Notes: generated by a model from the sequence alone, not told the origin. 64,000 bases of DNA from Podarcis pityusensis (GCA_964106645.2 CAXKZF020000137.1), one strand, 5' to 3'; shown: positions 1 to 10,608, counted from the stretch's first letter. Numbers and translations: made by a program.

Positions 1-2
1 CT

Positions 3-782
3 GGAGCCGGTGACCCCGTCCTGTTCCTCCATGGCAGCGGCCCGGGCGCGACCGGCTGGAGCAACTTCCACCTCAACATTCCCGCCCTCGCCGACCGCTT
101 CAGAGTTCTGGCCTGGGACGCCCCCGGTTGGGGCCAGTCCACTTCGGCCCCTCCGGATCAGTACGACCACCCTGCCGCGGTCATCGAGTTCCTTGACGCC
201 CTTGATATCGACAAGGTCGCTCTCGTCGGCAACTCCATGGGCGGCGCCGTAGCAGTCGCCACTGCAGCCCGCTACCCAGACCGGGTCACCCACCTCATCA
301 CCATGGGCAGCGCCAGCTTCCCCGACGTCCCGCCGCTCTTCGGTGCTGGAGACGGGCCGAGCGAAGGGCTCAAGGTCCTCATCGAGGGATACCGCAACCC
401 CTCAGCCGAGAACATGCAACGTCTCGTGAACGTCATGACGTTCTCTCCCGAGTTCGCCACCCCGCAGCTCGCCCAGATGCGTGCCGACGCAGCTCAGGCT
501 CGCCCGGACCACCTCGAGAATTACCTTCGAGGGGTTGGACGGTCCGGGCCGGTCTCGCAGCCCGCCTCGCCGGCAGAGATCCGCGGCATCGCAACACCAA
601 CCCTGCTCGTCCACGGGCGTGACGACCGCGTCGTCCACTTCGAGCATTCTTTGCGGCTCTTGTCGATGATCGCGAACTCTCGACTCGTCCTGATCAACCG
701 CTGCGGTCACTGGGCCCAAATCGAGCACGCCCGTGAGTTCAACGTTCTTGTCGCGGACTTCCTGACGGTTCACAAGCACTAG
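3..782 (+). CDS. alpha/beta hydrolase, meta-cleavage product hydrolase (BphD/MhpC-like), 5' end outside window
   Basis: Frame open from the window edge: LFLHGSGPGATGWSNF, nucleophile GNSMGG, HGRDD, CGHWAQIE. Confidence 0.85.
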   Translation, partial: GAGDPVLFLHGSGPGATGWSNFHLNIPALADRFRVLAWDAPGWGQSTSAPPDQYDHPAAVIEFLDALDIDKVALVGNSMGGAVAVATAARYPDRVTHLITMGSASFPDVPPLFGAGDGPSEGLKVLIEGYRNPSAENMQRLVNVMTFSPEFATPQLAQMRADAAQARPDHLENYLRGVGRSGPVSQPASPAEIRGIATPTLLVHGRDDRVVHFEHSLRLLSMIANSRLVLINRCGHWAQIEHAREFNVLVADFLTVHKH

Positions 783-807
783 CACGTTCCCCGGGCTCGA
801 GCCGAGG

Positions 808-2130
808 TCACTGCTCGAGCCCGGAGTCGCGACGCGGCTTGGAGCTAGGTCTGGCGGCCTGTCCGCTCGGGGTCTTGTTTGGGCTGGTGATAGCGGACCT
901 GGTGCGGGTCTGGAGGATCTTGCTGTCGAGACGCTGCACGTTCTGCCGCTCGAGGACGAAGTGGTCGAACCCGGGGGCGCTAAAGCTAACCGCGCCGCGC
1001 CCGGCGGCGGTCAGGACGCCCTTGTTGATCAACGTGGCTCGCACGTCGCTGTTCTGCGTCGAGGTCCGCCCCATCAGCGAGTCGATGTGCCGGGTCTGCG
1101 CGATGCCGTCGCTACCCATGCTCTGTGCGGCAGCGGTGAGGTAGAGCCGCTCGACCGGGGTGGAGTTGGTCCACCGGCTGGCGAACGAGCCGTGCTCCAG
1201 AGCCTCCATGACGTGCTTGCCAGCGGCCGCGACCAGGCGCGCATCGATTTGAGAACCGACCACCAGAGGGTGCCCCTGCTCCATCGCCGCTTCCCAACAC
1301 CCCTCCCCCAGCTGCTGGATGCGCCACGGGTTGCCCTGCGCCATCTCCAGAGCAGCGACCGCAGCCTCCGGGGTCCACGTCACCCCCAGGTCCACAGACG
1401 GCTGGACCAGCGCCGCCAGGCTCTCGTCTGCGTTGAGCGGACCGACGTTGAGGTAGGAGAACCGCTCGGCGAAGCTGCTGCCCGCCCGCTCCAGCACGGC
1501 CGCGGTGTCCGGGGTCCCCGCGGCGACGATCACCACGGGCAGACCCCGGTCGCTGATGAGGTTCTGCGACGCCGTCGCCAAGGTGTTCAGGTCATCAGGG
1601 CTGCCGGTGTGCAGCTCGTCGACGAACACGGCCAGGCCGCGACGATCGTGGTCCAGATGAGCCGCAGCCGTCTCGGCGATGAGATCGGTAAGGTTCCCCG
1701 GCACCTTCTCCTCGCCTTCCAGACGGGTCCCGATCTTGATGACGCCGGCATTGACCTCAATGGAGAACTCCTTGAGGTGCTGCATCGCCCGATCCCACGC
1801 AGCGCTGGGCTTCGAGTCCCACACAGTCGAGCTGCGAGCCAGAGCCTCCCCCAGTGCCTGCATGTTGTCCCCGCCCGAGCGAGCGAACCGAGCACTGGCC
1901 ACGCCAAGGCCCATGTCCTGCGCCATCGACCGCATCCGCGTCAATGACACGGTCTTACCCATCCCTCGCACCCCGGTCAGCACGATCGGGCTCGGCGCGG
2001 GACGACCGAACGAAGCAACCGACAGCATCCGCGTTCCGACCTTGGAGAAAAGATCAGAACGGCCAGCCAGCACCGGCGGCTGTGCCCCGGTGCCGGGCTG
2101 GTACGGGCAGGGCAGATAGTTCATACCCAT
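808..2130 (-). CDS. AAA+ ATPase (AAA_16-like) with C-terminal winged helix
   Basis: PYQPGTG..LAGR N-terminus, Walker A GVRGMGKT, Walker B FVDELH, FAERF. Confidence 0.8.
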   Translation of the reverse strand: MGMNYLPCPYQPGTGAQPPVLAGRSDLFSKVGTRMLSVASFGRPAPSPIVLTGVRGMGKTVSLTRMRSMAQDMGLGVASARFARSGGDNMQALGEALARSSTVWDSKPSAAWDRAMQHLKEFSIEVNAGVIKIGTRLEGEEKVPGNLTDLIAETAAAHLDHDRRGLAVFVDELHTGSPDDLNTLATASQNLISDRGLPVVIVAAGTPDTAAVLERAGSSFAERFSYLNVGPLNADESLAALVQPSVDLGVTWTPEAAVAALEMAQGNPWRIQQLGEGCWEAAMEQGHPLVVGSQIDARLVAAAGKHVMEALEHGSFASRWTNSTPVERLYLTAAAQSMGSDGIAQTRHIDSLMGRTSTQNSDVRATLINKGVLTAAGRGAVSFSAPGFDHFVLERQNVQRLDSKILQTRTRSAITSPNKTPSGQAARPSSKPRRDSGLEQ

Positions 2131-2131
2131 A

Positions 2132-2163
2132 GTCTCCTATAAACAGACCCTATTATAGGAGAC
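2132..2163. promoter_or_regulatory. 11-bp inverted repeat operator upstream of AAA ATPase
   Basis: gtctcctataa-N10-ttataggagac immediately before the start codon. Confidence 0.6.
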
Positions 2164-2250
2164 GTGGGAAGACAGAAATCACCACATCGACCACATCCGC
2201 GTCAGCGGGTACCGAACCGCCGCCGGAGCCGGCTAGACAGAGACGCTGCT

Positions 2251-3087
2251 CTACGGTTGATCGTCCATGAGGTCGAGTTCGGCCCAGGCCCTCTCGACCC
2301 GACCGACTGAGGCGTGAGCCGCGGATCCTTCGAGTTGGGCGAGAATTGCCTGGACCACAGCGACCATGGGGGTCAGCGTCGGGGTGCGGTTCACTCCCTC
2401 GATCGGGGTTGTGACGACGTAGTCGGCATCAGCGCTCAGAGGTGATGAGCGCAGGTCAGTGAGGACGGCGGTCGTCGATCCGCTCTCCTTGGCCATGCGG
2501 GTCAGCCCCCGCAGGGCTCGTGTCAGCCGCCACACGTTCATCACAATGACGCAGTCGCGCTCGTCGAGCCGAGCAATAGCGACGGCCTGGGATGTCGCAG
2601 GGCCGGCGGCGACCTGAATGTCATGCCCGTAGATCGACGCGAGGTAGCTCAGGATCTGCGCTGGCCCTGCGCCGGAGCCGGTAGCGAGGATGACGGTGCG
2701 CCGCGCGTTGGCGATGGACTGGGCGATGCCCTTGATGGCTGAGATGTTCGTAGCTGACGTCAGCAAGGCCAGGTTCGCAGCGTCCTGGCGCAGCATCCGT
2801 GCCACGACATCATCCGAGACACCCTCGCGCCCCGGGTCCTCGGCGATGAGCGAGTCGAGGTATTCGGCCCTGATCGCCTTTCTCAGGTCGGTCCACCCCT
2901 CAAACTCGAGCTGTTGGGCGGCTCGGACAACGGTCGAGACGTTGACGCCGGCGCGTTCAGCTACCTCGCGAGCCGAGGCGTAGGACGCGAACTGCGGCAT
3001 CTGCGACACCAGCTGGACCACACGATCAGCCTGGACCCCCAGGGCAGCGCGGTCTGCGCGGCGGGCAAGCATCGATTCGATCGACAC
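2251..3087 (-). CDS. MurR/RpiR family transcriptional regulator
   Basis: HTH SAREVAERAGVNVSTVVRAAQQLEFEGW followed by a SIS domain. Confidence 0.9.
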   Translation of the reverse strand: MSIESMLARRADRAALGVQADRVVQLVSQMPQFASYASAREVAERAGVNVSTVVRAAQQLEFEGWTDLRKAIRAEYLDSLIAEDPGREGVSDDVVARMLRQDAANLALLTSATNISAIKGIAQSIANARRTVILATGSGAGPAQILSYLASIYGHDIQVAAGPATSQAVAIARLDERDCVIVMNVWRLTRALRGLTRMAKESGSTTAVLTDLRSSPLSADADYVVTTPIEGVNRTPTLTPMVAVVQAILAQLEGSAAHASVGRVERAWAELDLMDDQP

Positions 3088-3123
3088 AGTTCTTCGGCCT
3101 CTTTGGTGGGTCCTGGGCCCGAG

Positions 3124-3414
3124 CTACGCCTTCGCGACGATCTCGAGCACCTCGGTTGTCGCCGTCAGGGTATCCCCCGCGATCGCAGCGAGCTCCTGCG
3201 AGAAGGACCGGCGCAGCGGTGCTGCCAGCCAGTCCTCGTAGTCCTGCCGCCTCGCCCACTCGGCGACGACGACGACCGTGCGCGGGTTGTCGAGGGGCAG
3301 ACCCAGCCGCGTCGTCAATGCACCCGACTCAGGAAGCAGGCGCGCTGCACGGTATGCCTCCACGACCGCCTCTCGTCGGTCCGGAGCCAGGTCTAGCCGA
3401 AGCGTCGTCACCAT
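3124..3414 (-). CDS. antibiotic biosynthesis monooxygenase (ABM) domain protein
   Basis: ~96 aa with the VVVVAEW..RQDYEDW pattern. Confidence 0.65.
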   Translation of the reverse strand: MVTTLRLDLAPDRREAVVEAYRAARLLPESGALTTRLGLPLDNPRTVVVVAEWARRQDYEDWLAAPLRRSFSQELAAIAGDTLTATTEVLEIVAKA

Positions 3415-3445
3415 CATCACAAATGAAGTGTTGCACAGCATGGCA

Positions 3446-3467
3446 TGCTGCAACTAACGTTGCAGCA
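3446..3467. promoter_or_regulatory. palindromic operator, probably RpiR site, in divergent promoter
   Basis: tgctgcaac-taac-gttgcagca between divergent genes. Confidence 0.6.
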
Positions 3468-3494
3468 CTTCATCGGATGCCCACGGGAGCTCTC

Positions 3495-4922
3495 ATGACA
3501 ACTCGCAACGACGCGACGGCTGCACAGCACACCCACCTACTGACCAGGCTCGACAACCTCGAGCCCGGCCGTCCGCATCGTCCGGCTGATGACGATGGGC
3601 GGGCTGGGCTACACCTTCGACTCCTTCGACGGCGCGCTCATGGGCTATGCCCTGTCGGCGCTGATCGTGATCTGGTCGATCCCGGCCTCGGTCTCGGGGT
3701 GGCTGCTCTCCTCGATCTTCTTCGGCTACCTCGTCGGAGCGCTCGTCGCGGGCGTCCTGGCTGATCGCTACGGTCGCCGGCGTCTGATGATGACCTCGCT
3801 GCTGATCTTCTGCGCCTGCAGCCTGCTGACAGGCACGGCGAGTTCGGTGCCCGAGCTGTTCATCTGGCGGGCTCTGGCTGGCATCGGGATCGGCGCCGAG
3901 ACGGCGCTGATCGCCCCGTACATCTCGGAGTTCCTCCCGTCCCGGGTGCGCGGCAAGTTCGTCTCGCGCACGGTCGGGTTCCTCGCGTTTGGGTACATCC
4001 TGGCCGGGGTCGTCGCACCGGTGGCGATCTCCCCCAATCCCGAGACCGGCTGGCGCATCGCCGCCGTCATCGCCGCACTGCCGGTCGTGCTCCTGCTGTG
4101 GTGGCGCCGAGCCCTCCCGGAGTCTCCCCGCTTCCTGCTCTCCCAGGGACGTGTCGCGGAGGCCACCGCCGTGGTTGAGGACATGGAGCGGCGCAGCGGC
4201 GTCGACCCCGCGACGCACTCCATCCCCCCGGCCGACAGCACCCCGCCGCCGGTGGGCGGCGACGAACTCGCCAGCACCCCGGAGGTCGTCAAGCACAGCG
4301 CTCTCGCTCAGATCGCCGGCCTGTGGAAGGGCCCCCTCGCTCGGACCACTCTGGTGATCTGGCTGCTGTGGTTCATCTTCACCGGGGTGAACTACGGGTT
4401 CTCCTCGTGGTTGCCTGCGCTGCTGGTGCTGGAGAAGGGGCTGACCCTGACCAACTCCTTCCTGGTCGCGCTGATCACCTCCATCGCCCAGATCCCGGCT
4501 ACTACATCGCCAGCCTGCTGATCGACAAGATGGAGCGAAAGTGGCTGCTCGCGATCTACGCAGCCGGCGCCACCTGCGGCGCGCTGGTCGTGGCGTTCGC
4601 CGGCAGCACCTCGGTCCTGATTCTGGGATCGGCACTGCTCGCTGCTTTCACCAACGGGGCCGCCGGCATCTACTACACCTACACCTCAGAGCTGTACCCC
4701 ACCGCTGTGCGGGCTACCGCGATGGGAGCCGCGTCAGCAGTGGGACGGATCGGCGCCATCTCCGCGCCCATCGCGATCGGTTACCTCTTCACCCGCATGG
4801 GGTGGGTCAACATCTTCTTGCTGCTCGTTGCCGCCCTGGCGATCGCCGTGGCCGTGGTCGTGGTGTTCGGCCAGCGCACCTCTGGCCGGAGCCTGAACGA
4901 GGCCATCCCCGACAACGCCTGA
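3495..4922 (+). CDS. MFS transporter (aromatic acid/sugar porter-like), frameshifted near 3580 and 4497
   Basis: GVLADRYGRR, LPESPRFL and YTSELYPTAVRATAMG motifs spread over three frames. Confidence 0.8.
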
Positions 4923-4970
4923 CCGCGACCACGCCAACAGCACGCAGGCCACGAACGCCAAGGAGTCATC

Positions 4971-6200
4971 ATCCGCACTCTCATCATCAACGCCCGCACT
5001 CTCGAACCAGCCACCGCGCACCGCGAGGAGTCCGCGTGGATCGAGCTCGCCGACGGACTGATCGTCGACACCGGCACTGGCACTGCCCCGGCCCGCCGTG
5101 ACGAGGTCCGGGTCATCGATGCCCGCGGCGGCACCGTGATGCCCGGGCTCGTCGATGCTCACGTGCACATCACCGTCACCTCCACCGACGCCATCGATCG
5201 CGACAGCTGGACCCCGGGCTACACGACGGTTCGCGCCCTTCGTTGCGCCAACGACATGCTTCGACGGGGGTTCACCACCGTGCGCGACGTCGGCGGCGCC
5301 GACCACGGCATGGCCCGGGCGATCGCCGAGGGCCTCTCCCCTGGGCCCCGCCTGATCTTCGGCGGCAAGGCACTTTCACAGACCGGCGGGCACGGGGACT
5401 TTCGGTCCTTGAACGACGACTCGTATCGCTGCTGCGAGCTGAAGCCAGACTTCGGGCGGATCGCCGACGGCGTCGACGAGATCCAACGAGCTGCGCGAGA
5501 CGAGTTTCGCAAGGGGGCCCACCACCTGAAGATGGTCGTCTCTGGGGGGGTCGCCTCCCCCACCGATGAGATCTCCGCGGTCCAGTACACGCCCGAGGAG
5601 ATCCGGGCCGCCGTCGTCGAGGCCGAGAACCACAACCGGTACGTCACCGTCCACGCCTACCACCCACGAGCCATCAATCAGGCTCTACGGGCCGGCGCAC
5701 GCTGCGTCGAGCACGGCAACCTCATCGACGACGAGTCAATCCGCCTCCTGCTCGAGCACGACGCGTTCCTCGTCCCGACCATCATCACCTACGAGGCGAT
5801 GCACCAAGCCGGGGCCAAGTCCGGGCTCTCACCTACCTCGATGAGCAAGCTCGAGGAGGTTCGCACCGCAGCCATGGGGGCGCTCGAGCGAGCCGACCGC
5901 GCCGGGGTCAACCTCGTCTACGGCAGCGACCTGCTGGGCGCTCTGCAGCCGCGTCAGCTCGACGAGCTCACCATCCGCGCCAAAGTGCAGAGCACCATCG
6001 ACGTCATCCGCAGCGCGACCAGCACGGCGGCCCGACTGCTACGGATGGAAGGTCAGATCGGGACCCTGACCCCAGGCGCGTACGCCGACCTCGTCGTCCT
6101 CGACGGCGACCCCGTCGACGACATCTCAGTCCTCACCTCCCCGGACCAGCACCTCCGTCACGTCATTCACGACGGCATCGTCACCGACATCGCTAGCTGA
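4971..6200 (+). CDS. metal-dependent amidohydrolase (Xaa-Pro dipeptidase/ochratoxinase-like subgroup)
   Basis: MPGLVDAHVH, GFTTVRDVGG, HAY, EHG, GSD, ADLVVLDGDP; frame extends to an ATC just after AGGAG. Confidence 0.85.
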   Translation: MRTLIINARTLEPATAHREESAWIELADGLIVDTGTGTAPARRDEVRVIDARGGTVMPGLVDAHVHITVTSTDAIDRDSWTPGYTTVRALRCANDMLRRGFTTVRDVGGADHGMARAIAEGLSPGPRLIFGGKALSQTGGHGDFRSLNDDSYRCCELKPDFGRIADGVDEIQRAARDEFRKGAHHLKMVVSGGVASPTDEISAVQYTPEEIRAAVVEAENHNRYVTVHAYHPRAINQALRAGARCVEHGNLIDDESIRLLLEHDAFLVPTIITYEAMHQAGAKSGLSPTSMSKLEEVRTAAMGALERADRAGVNLVYGSDLLGALQPRQLDELTIRAKVQSTIDVIRSATSTAARLLRMEGQIGTLTPGAYADLVVLDGDPVDDISVLTSPDQHLRHVIHDGIVTDIAS

Positions 6201-6319
6201 CCCCAGCACCGCCCTGCGGGGTGGCCCGGCCCAGGGCTTCCCCGCGGGAGGGTCGACGGTGTGACAAGGTCGACTGCGGAGCTACCCGCGGTGGAGTCCG
6301 AGGATAGGTTGCGGTCACT

Positions 6320-6814
6320 ATGGCCTCGACTCCCCTGCACAGGCTGGTCCGCACGCCCGTGGCATTCCGGTACCTGACGCGGATCTACCCACCGCTGCTC
6401 GGTGCTGGCATCCGCGTGACATCGATCTCGCCGGACTGGACTCGTGGGGAGCTCGCGATGCACCTCTACCCATGGAACGCCAACCACAATGGGACCGCTT
6501 TCGGCGGCGCGCTGTTCTCAGCCACTGACGTCCTCTTCGGAACGATGCTGGCAGGCCAGCTCGGCGGGAAGTACACCGTGGCCACGAAGGAGGCCACCAT
6601 CCGCTTCCTCCGGCCAGGACTGGGTCTGATGCACTGCACCGTGGAAGTGCCCCGCCGCGAAGCCGAGTTCGCCATCGAGCAGCTGCGGACAACGACCGGT
6701 GTCGACATGCGCAACACCACACGGCTGTACGACAAGCATGGCAACGCCGTCGTCGAGGCCGAACATGTCCTACGGGTCAAGAAGCGAGAGGGGCGCCAGG
6801 TCGGTGGGCGTTAG
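6320..6814 (+). CDS. hotdog-fold thioesterase-like protein (DUF4442/PaaI)
   Basis: YPPLLGAGIRV, NANHNGTAFGGALFSATD. Confidence 0.8.
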   Translation: MASTPLHRLVRTPVAFRYLTRIYPPLLGAGIRVTSISPDWTRGELAMHLYPWNANHNGTAFGGALFSATDVLFGTMLAGQLGGKYTVATKEATIRFLRPGLGLMHCTVEVPRREAEFAIEQLRTTTGVDMRNTTRLYDKHGNAVVEAEHVLRVKKREGRQVGGR

Positions 6815-6909
6815 GCCCCCCACAAATCCCCAGGCGCACACCGATCGCGCACAAGGGATCCAGGCGATGAGCGGGTCTGATGATCGAGCCGCTCGCCGAG
6901 AGCCTCATA

Positions 6910-6928
6910 ATGTGAAGAGCGCACACAT
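6910..6928. promoter_or_regulatory. TetR operator ATGT-N11-ACAT (copy 1)
   Basis: atgt gaagagcgcac acat upstream of tetR; same spacing at 7648, 9633 and 9668. Confidence 0.6.
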
Positions 6929-6948
6929 GAGCATGGAGGCGAGCACCG

Positions 6949-7548
6949 TTGACCACGTCGACTCGGACGAGCTATCACCACGGAGATCTTCGCACTGAGC
7001 TGATCGCGGCGGCGATGCGCAAGCTCGAGATCGGCGAGTCGTTCTCCCTGCGCGGCCTGGCCCGCGAGACGGGGGTCTCGGCGACTGCGCCCTACCGGCA
7101 CTTCACCGATCGAGACGCTCTGGAATCTGCCCTGGCAGCCAAGGGCCTTCACGAGCTGCGCGCCGAGCTCGCCCGCCAGGGCGGACTGCCCTCGAGCGCC
7201 GACGAGCTCGCCGATCTCGCGGTGGGATACGTGGAGTTCGCCCTGCGCAGGCCGGCCCTGTTCCGGCTGATGTTCGGCAACGCCTGCGATGTCGACGACC
7301 AGGATCGAGTGCAGGCCGCCGCCGATGTGCACGAGCTGCTGGCTGCTGCCGTCACCAATGTCTTCCCGGAGTCAGACCCTGTTGACCTCACCCTCGCCGG
7401 GTGGGGGCTGGTCCACGGGCTGGCCTGCCTCTACCTCGACCGCAAGCTCGAGCCAGGCTCCATCGAAGAGGTCGCAGCGCAGGTGCGCGCGTCCTTCCTC
7501 GCCGTCCTGACCGCCTCGCCGAGTGGGGCTCCGAGCCACCGCACCTGA
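6949..7548 (+). CDS. TetR/AcrR family regulator (WHG-type C-terminus)
   Basis: YHHGDLR, FSLRGLARETGVSATAPYRHF, WGLVHGLA. Confidence 0.9.
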   Translation: MTTSTRTSYHHGDLRTELIAAAMRKLEIGESFSLRGLARETGVSATAPYRHFTDRDALESALAAKGLHELRAELARQGGLPSSADELADLAVGYVEFALRRPALFRLMFGNACDVDDQDRVQAAADVHELLAAAVTNVFPESDPVDLTLAGWGLVHGLACLYLDRKLEPGSIEEVAAQVRASFLAVLTASPSGAPSHRT

Positions 7549-7647
7549 CCGGCCATCGCTGCAGGACCCTCAGCCACCTGAAGGCCCCGATCCGGGCCGC
7601 TGGCCGCGAACACCCTTGACCACACCTCGCCACCCCGACTATCCTTA

Positions 7648-7666
7648 ATGTTAACACTGCTTACAT
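7648..7666. promoter_or_regulatory. TetR operator ATGT-N11-ACAT (copy 2)
   Basis: ccttaatgttaacactgcttacattgagg, downstream of a ttgacc -35-like hexamer. Confidence 0.65.
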
Positions 7667-7754
7667 TGAGGAGGTCGGTCGTGGTTCTTCTGCACATTGA
7701 ACCAGCGAAAGCGGATGACCGCAGGGTGGGACGAGACGTCGGAGGGATCGTCTC

Positions 7755-8465
7755 GTGACCAGCGTCTTGCAGGTGCTCTCTGCCGCCCGGGTCTGGACGC
7801 TGCGTGATGGGACTGAGCACCCGACGGGGTTCTGGGCGGAGGAGTTCGTGGTCCCGTACACCCGGTTCGTCGAGCAGGGATGGCAGGTGACCGTCGTCTC
7901 TCCTGGGGGTCGTGAGCCGGTGGTTGACGAGCTGAGCCTGGGGGTCAAGGGCGGGGTTCTCCCACCTGCGGCGAGGAAGCTCAGGGCCAGGCTCACCGAG
8001 CTCGCTCCTGTCCTGGCGAGCCCAGCAGACCTGTCGTCGGTCGATCCTGACGACTACGACCTGATCTTCTACTCCGGGGGCCATGGTCCGATGGAGGACC
8101 TGGCGGTCGACCCGGACTCCGGCGCCCTGCTGACCCGGCGGCTCGCTTCGGGGCGCCCGCTGGCGCTGCTGTGCCACGCCCCTGCGGCGGCTCTGGCCGC
8201 GAGCAACCCCGACGGCAGCTGGCCGTTCTCCGGATACCGGATGACGGGACTGTCCAACGTCGAAGAGCGCCTCAACCCCTTCGCGTGGAAGGCCAAGTGG
8301 CTCCTGGAGGACAGGCTCAAGGAGGCCGGCGCCAGCTACACCTCCGGCCTGCCGCTGAAGTCGCATGTCGTCGTCGACCGCAACCTCTACACCGGTCAGA
8401 ACCCCGGCTCCTCGGCTGCTCTGGCCGAACGACTGATCGACGACATGTCACAGCCGACCGCCTGA
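7755..8465 (+). CDS. DJ-1/PfpI (type 1 glutamine amidotransferase-like) protein
   Basis: TGFWAEE, GGHGPMEDL, LCHAPAA, TGQNPGSS. Confidence 0.9.
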   Translation: MTSVLQVLSAARVWTLRDGTEHPTGFWAEEFVVPYTRFVEQGWQVTVVSPGGREPVVDELSLGVKGGVLPPAARKLRARLTELAPVLASPADLSSVDPDDYDLIFYSGGHGPMEDLAVDPDSGALLTRRLASGRPLALLCHAPAAALAASNPDGSWPFSGYRMTGLSNVEERLNPFAWKAKWLLEDRLKEAGASYTSGLPLKSHVVVDRNLYTGQNPGSSAALAERLIDDMSQPTA

Positions 8466-8558
8466 GCGGTTCAGTCCCCAGCCACCTGCCAGCACCAACC
8501 GCGGTCGCTGGGCGACCTCGCAAGTACCCCACCGTGATCACAGAGAGGCAATGTTCCG

Positions 8559-9527
8559 ATGACCGAGCTACCGCCCCCCATCACCCCTTACCTCGAGCCC
8601 GAGGCGAAGGAGCTGTGCGAGCAGACCGATCCCCACCCGCGGATCTACGAGGTGCCCCCAGAGCAGGGTCGTCAGATCCTGCGTGACCTGCAGAGCGGCG
8701 AAGGCGTCGACCGACCCGAGGTCGACGAGGAGTGGGTAGAGGTCGACGCCGGGCAGTGGGGCACCGTGCGCACCCGCATCATCAAGCCCAAGGGCGCACA
8801 GGGACCCCTGCCCGTGGTGTTCTACATCCACGGTGCCGGCTGGGTCTTCGGTGACGAGGACACCCACGACCGCCTCTTCCGCGAGCTGGTGGTCGGCGCC
8901 GGAGCCGCCGGCGTCTTCCCCGTCTACGACCGCGCGCCAGAGAAGGGCTACCCCACCCAGGTCGAGCAGAACTACGCCGTCGGGCAGTGGGTGGTCCAGC
9001 ACGGGGCCAAGCACGGCCTAGACACCACCCGGATCGCCGTTACTGGCGAGTCCGTCGGGGGATGCATGTCCGCGGTCTTCGCCCTGATGAACAAGGACCG
9101 CGACGGCATCGACCTCAAGGCGCAGGTGCTGCTCTACCCGGTGACCAACGCCGACTTCGACACCCCGTCGTACCTGCAGTTCGCCGAGGGCTACTACCTC
9201 ACCCGCGACGGCATGAAGTGGTTCTGGGACGCCTACACCACCGACACCGCACAGCGCACCGAGAAGTACGCCTCTCCCCTGCAGGCCTCCCTCGAGGATC
9301 TCAAGGGCCTACCGCCCACGCTGGTCATCACCGACGAGGCAGACGTGCTGCGCGACGAGGGCGAGCAGTACGCGAACAAGCTCCGCGAGGCCGGCGTAGA
9401 CGTCACCTCGGTGCGAGTCGCCGGGATGGTCCACGACTTCCTGCTCCTGGACAGCCTGCGCGACACCAAGGCCGCCAACGTCGCGCGCGACCTCGCCATC
9501 GACGCGCTGGCGACCGCGCTGCGCTAG
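8559..9527 (+). CDS. HSL-family esterase/lipase
   Basis: HGAGW oxyanion hole, GESVGG, DVLRDEG, HDF. Confidence 0.9.
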   Translation: MTELPPPITPYLEPEAKELCEQTDPHPRIYEVPPEQGRQILRDLQSGEGVDRPEVDEEWVEVDAGQWGTVRTRIIKPKGAQGPLPVVFYIHGAGWVFGDEDTHDRLFRELVVGAGAAGVFPVYDRAPEKGYPTQVEQNYAVGQWVVQHGAKHGLDTTRIAVTGESVGGCMSAVFALMNKDRDGIDLKAQVLLYPVTNADFDTPSYLQFAEGYYLTRDGMKWFWDAYTTDTAQRTEKYASPLQASLEDLKGLPPTLVITDEADVLRDEGEQYANKLREAGVDVTSVRVAGMVHDFLLLDSLRDTKAANVARDLAIDALATALR

Positions 9528-9632
9528 ACCTTCACCCGCCGAGACCAGCAACATGCAGGGGCGTTCGAGGACCACACCTCGGGCGCCCCTGCCTGCGCAT
9601 GACGACCCATCGAGACCGATCCAGCACGCCAC

Positions 9633-9686
9633 ATGTTGACGTCGTCAACATGTGGGCCTACCCTCAGATGTAATCAGTGAACACAT
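9633..9686. promoter_or_regulatory. tandem TetR operators ATGT-N11-ACAT (copies 3 and 4)
   Basis: atgttgacgtcgtcaacat (9633-9651) and atgtaatcagtgaacacat (9668-9686). Confidence 0.6.
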
Positions 9687-9696
9687 GGAGGTTGTC

Positions 9697-10608
9697 GTGG
9701 CAGCAGGAGCAGAGCTGGTCGAGGTCGATCTGGGGGGCCGGCGTGTCCGGGTGCCCAAGGACGGGCTGTTCGCCAGGTACGCGATGAAGACCGACCTCGA
9801 GGAGGTCGTGAAGGACCCGCGGGTGCACAGCGTGGACTTCTTCCGCTCCCTGCCCAAGACGCAGGTGGAGTCGGCGATCGGGCCGACCTGGACCCCGAAC
9901 TTCTACTACGAGATGTCGAGGGCGCAGATCACCTACCTCGCGCCCCTTGGGGCCTTGCGTTCTCGCTTGCCTAAGGAGCTGCAGCCCCTTCAGGTCGCTC
10001 CCGGGATCGGCCTGTTCTCGGTGGTCTTCTTCCGCTACGACGTCTGCGACATCGACTTCTACACCGAGGCCACCGTCGGCATCGCCGTGCGTCCGGCTCG
10101 TCACGGCAAGCTCGGCGGCGCCGACCTGCTGTCCGGGCTGGCCAACGACACGATGCACGCCTACGTGCTCTCCCTGCCCGTCAACACCGAGATCGCTCAG
10201 ATCCGCGGTCACGACGGCTACGGCTTCCCCAAGTGGGTCACCGACATCGACGTCGACATCACCGACACCCGCACGACGGCCCGGGTCGGCAACGACCAGG
10301 GAGGCACCGACATCGCCCTGGACATCGCAACCCCTGCACAGAAGCGCAGCCAGACCGGCACCAACGTGTCGACCTTGATCTCCTACACCGAGCTCAACGG
10401 GGGCTGGCACTCCACGCTCAGCCAGACCAACACCTTGGCCTCCGGCAGCACCCTGCTGCCGCGAGACCTCTCTCTCGAGCTCGGCACGGGCCGGCTCAGC
10501 GACGACGTCCGTTCCCTGAGGCCCATGCGCGCTCTGCGACTCGACGTCGCCACCAGGTGCCAGAACGCCCTGCACATCCCCGTGCCGGTATCTGTGCCCA
10601 GCCGCTGA
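9697..10608 (+). CDS. acetoacetate decarboxylase family protein
   Basis: YVLSLPV, RGHDGYGFPKW Schiff-base lysine motif; GGAGG before the GTG. Confidence 0.8.
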   Translation: MAAGAELVEVDLGGRRVRVPKDGLFARYAMKTDLEEVVKDPRVHSVDFFRSLPKTQVESAIGPTWTPNFYYEMSRAQITYLAPLGALRSRLPKELQPLQVAPGIGLFSVVFFRYDVCDIDFYTEATVGIAVRPARHGKLGGADLLSGLANDTMHAYVLSLPVNTEIAQIRGHDGYGFPKWVTDIDVDITDTRTTARVGNDQGGTDIALDIATPAQKRSQTGTNVSTLISYTELNGGWHSTLSQTNTLASGSTLLPRDLSLELGTGRLSDDVRSLRPMRALRLDVATRCQNALHIPVPVSVPSR

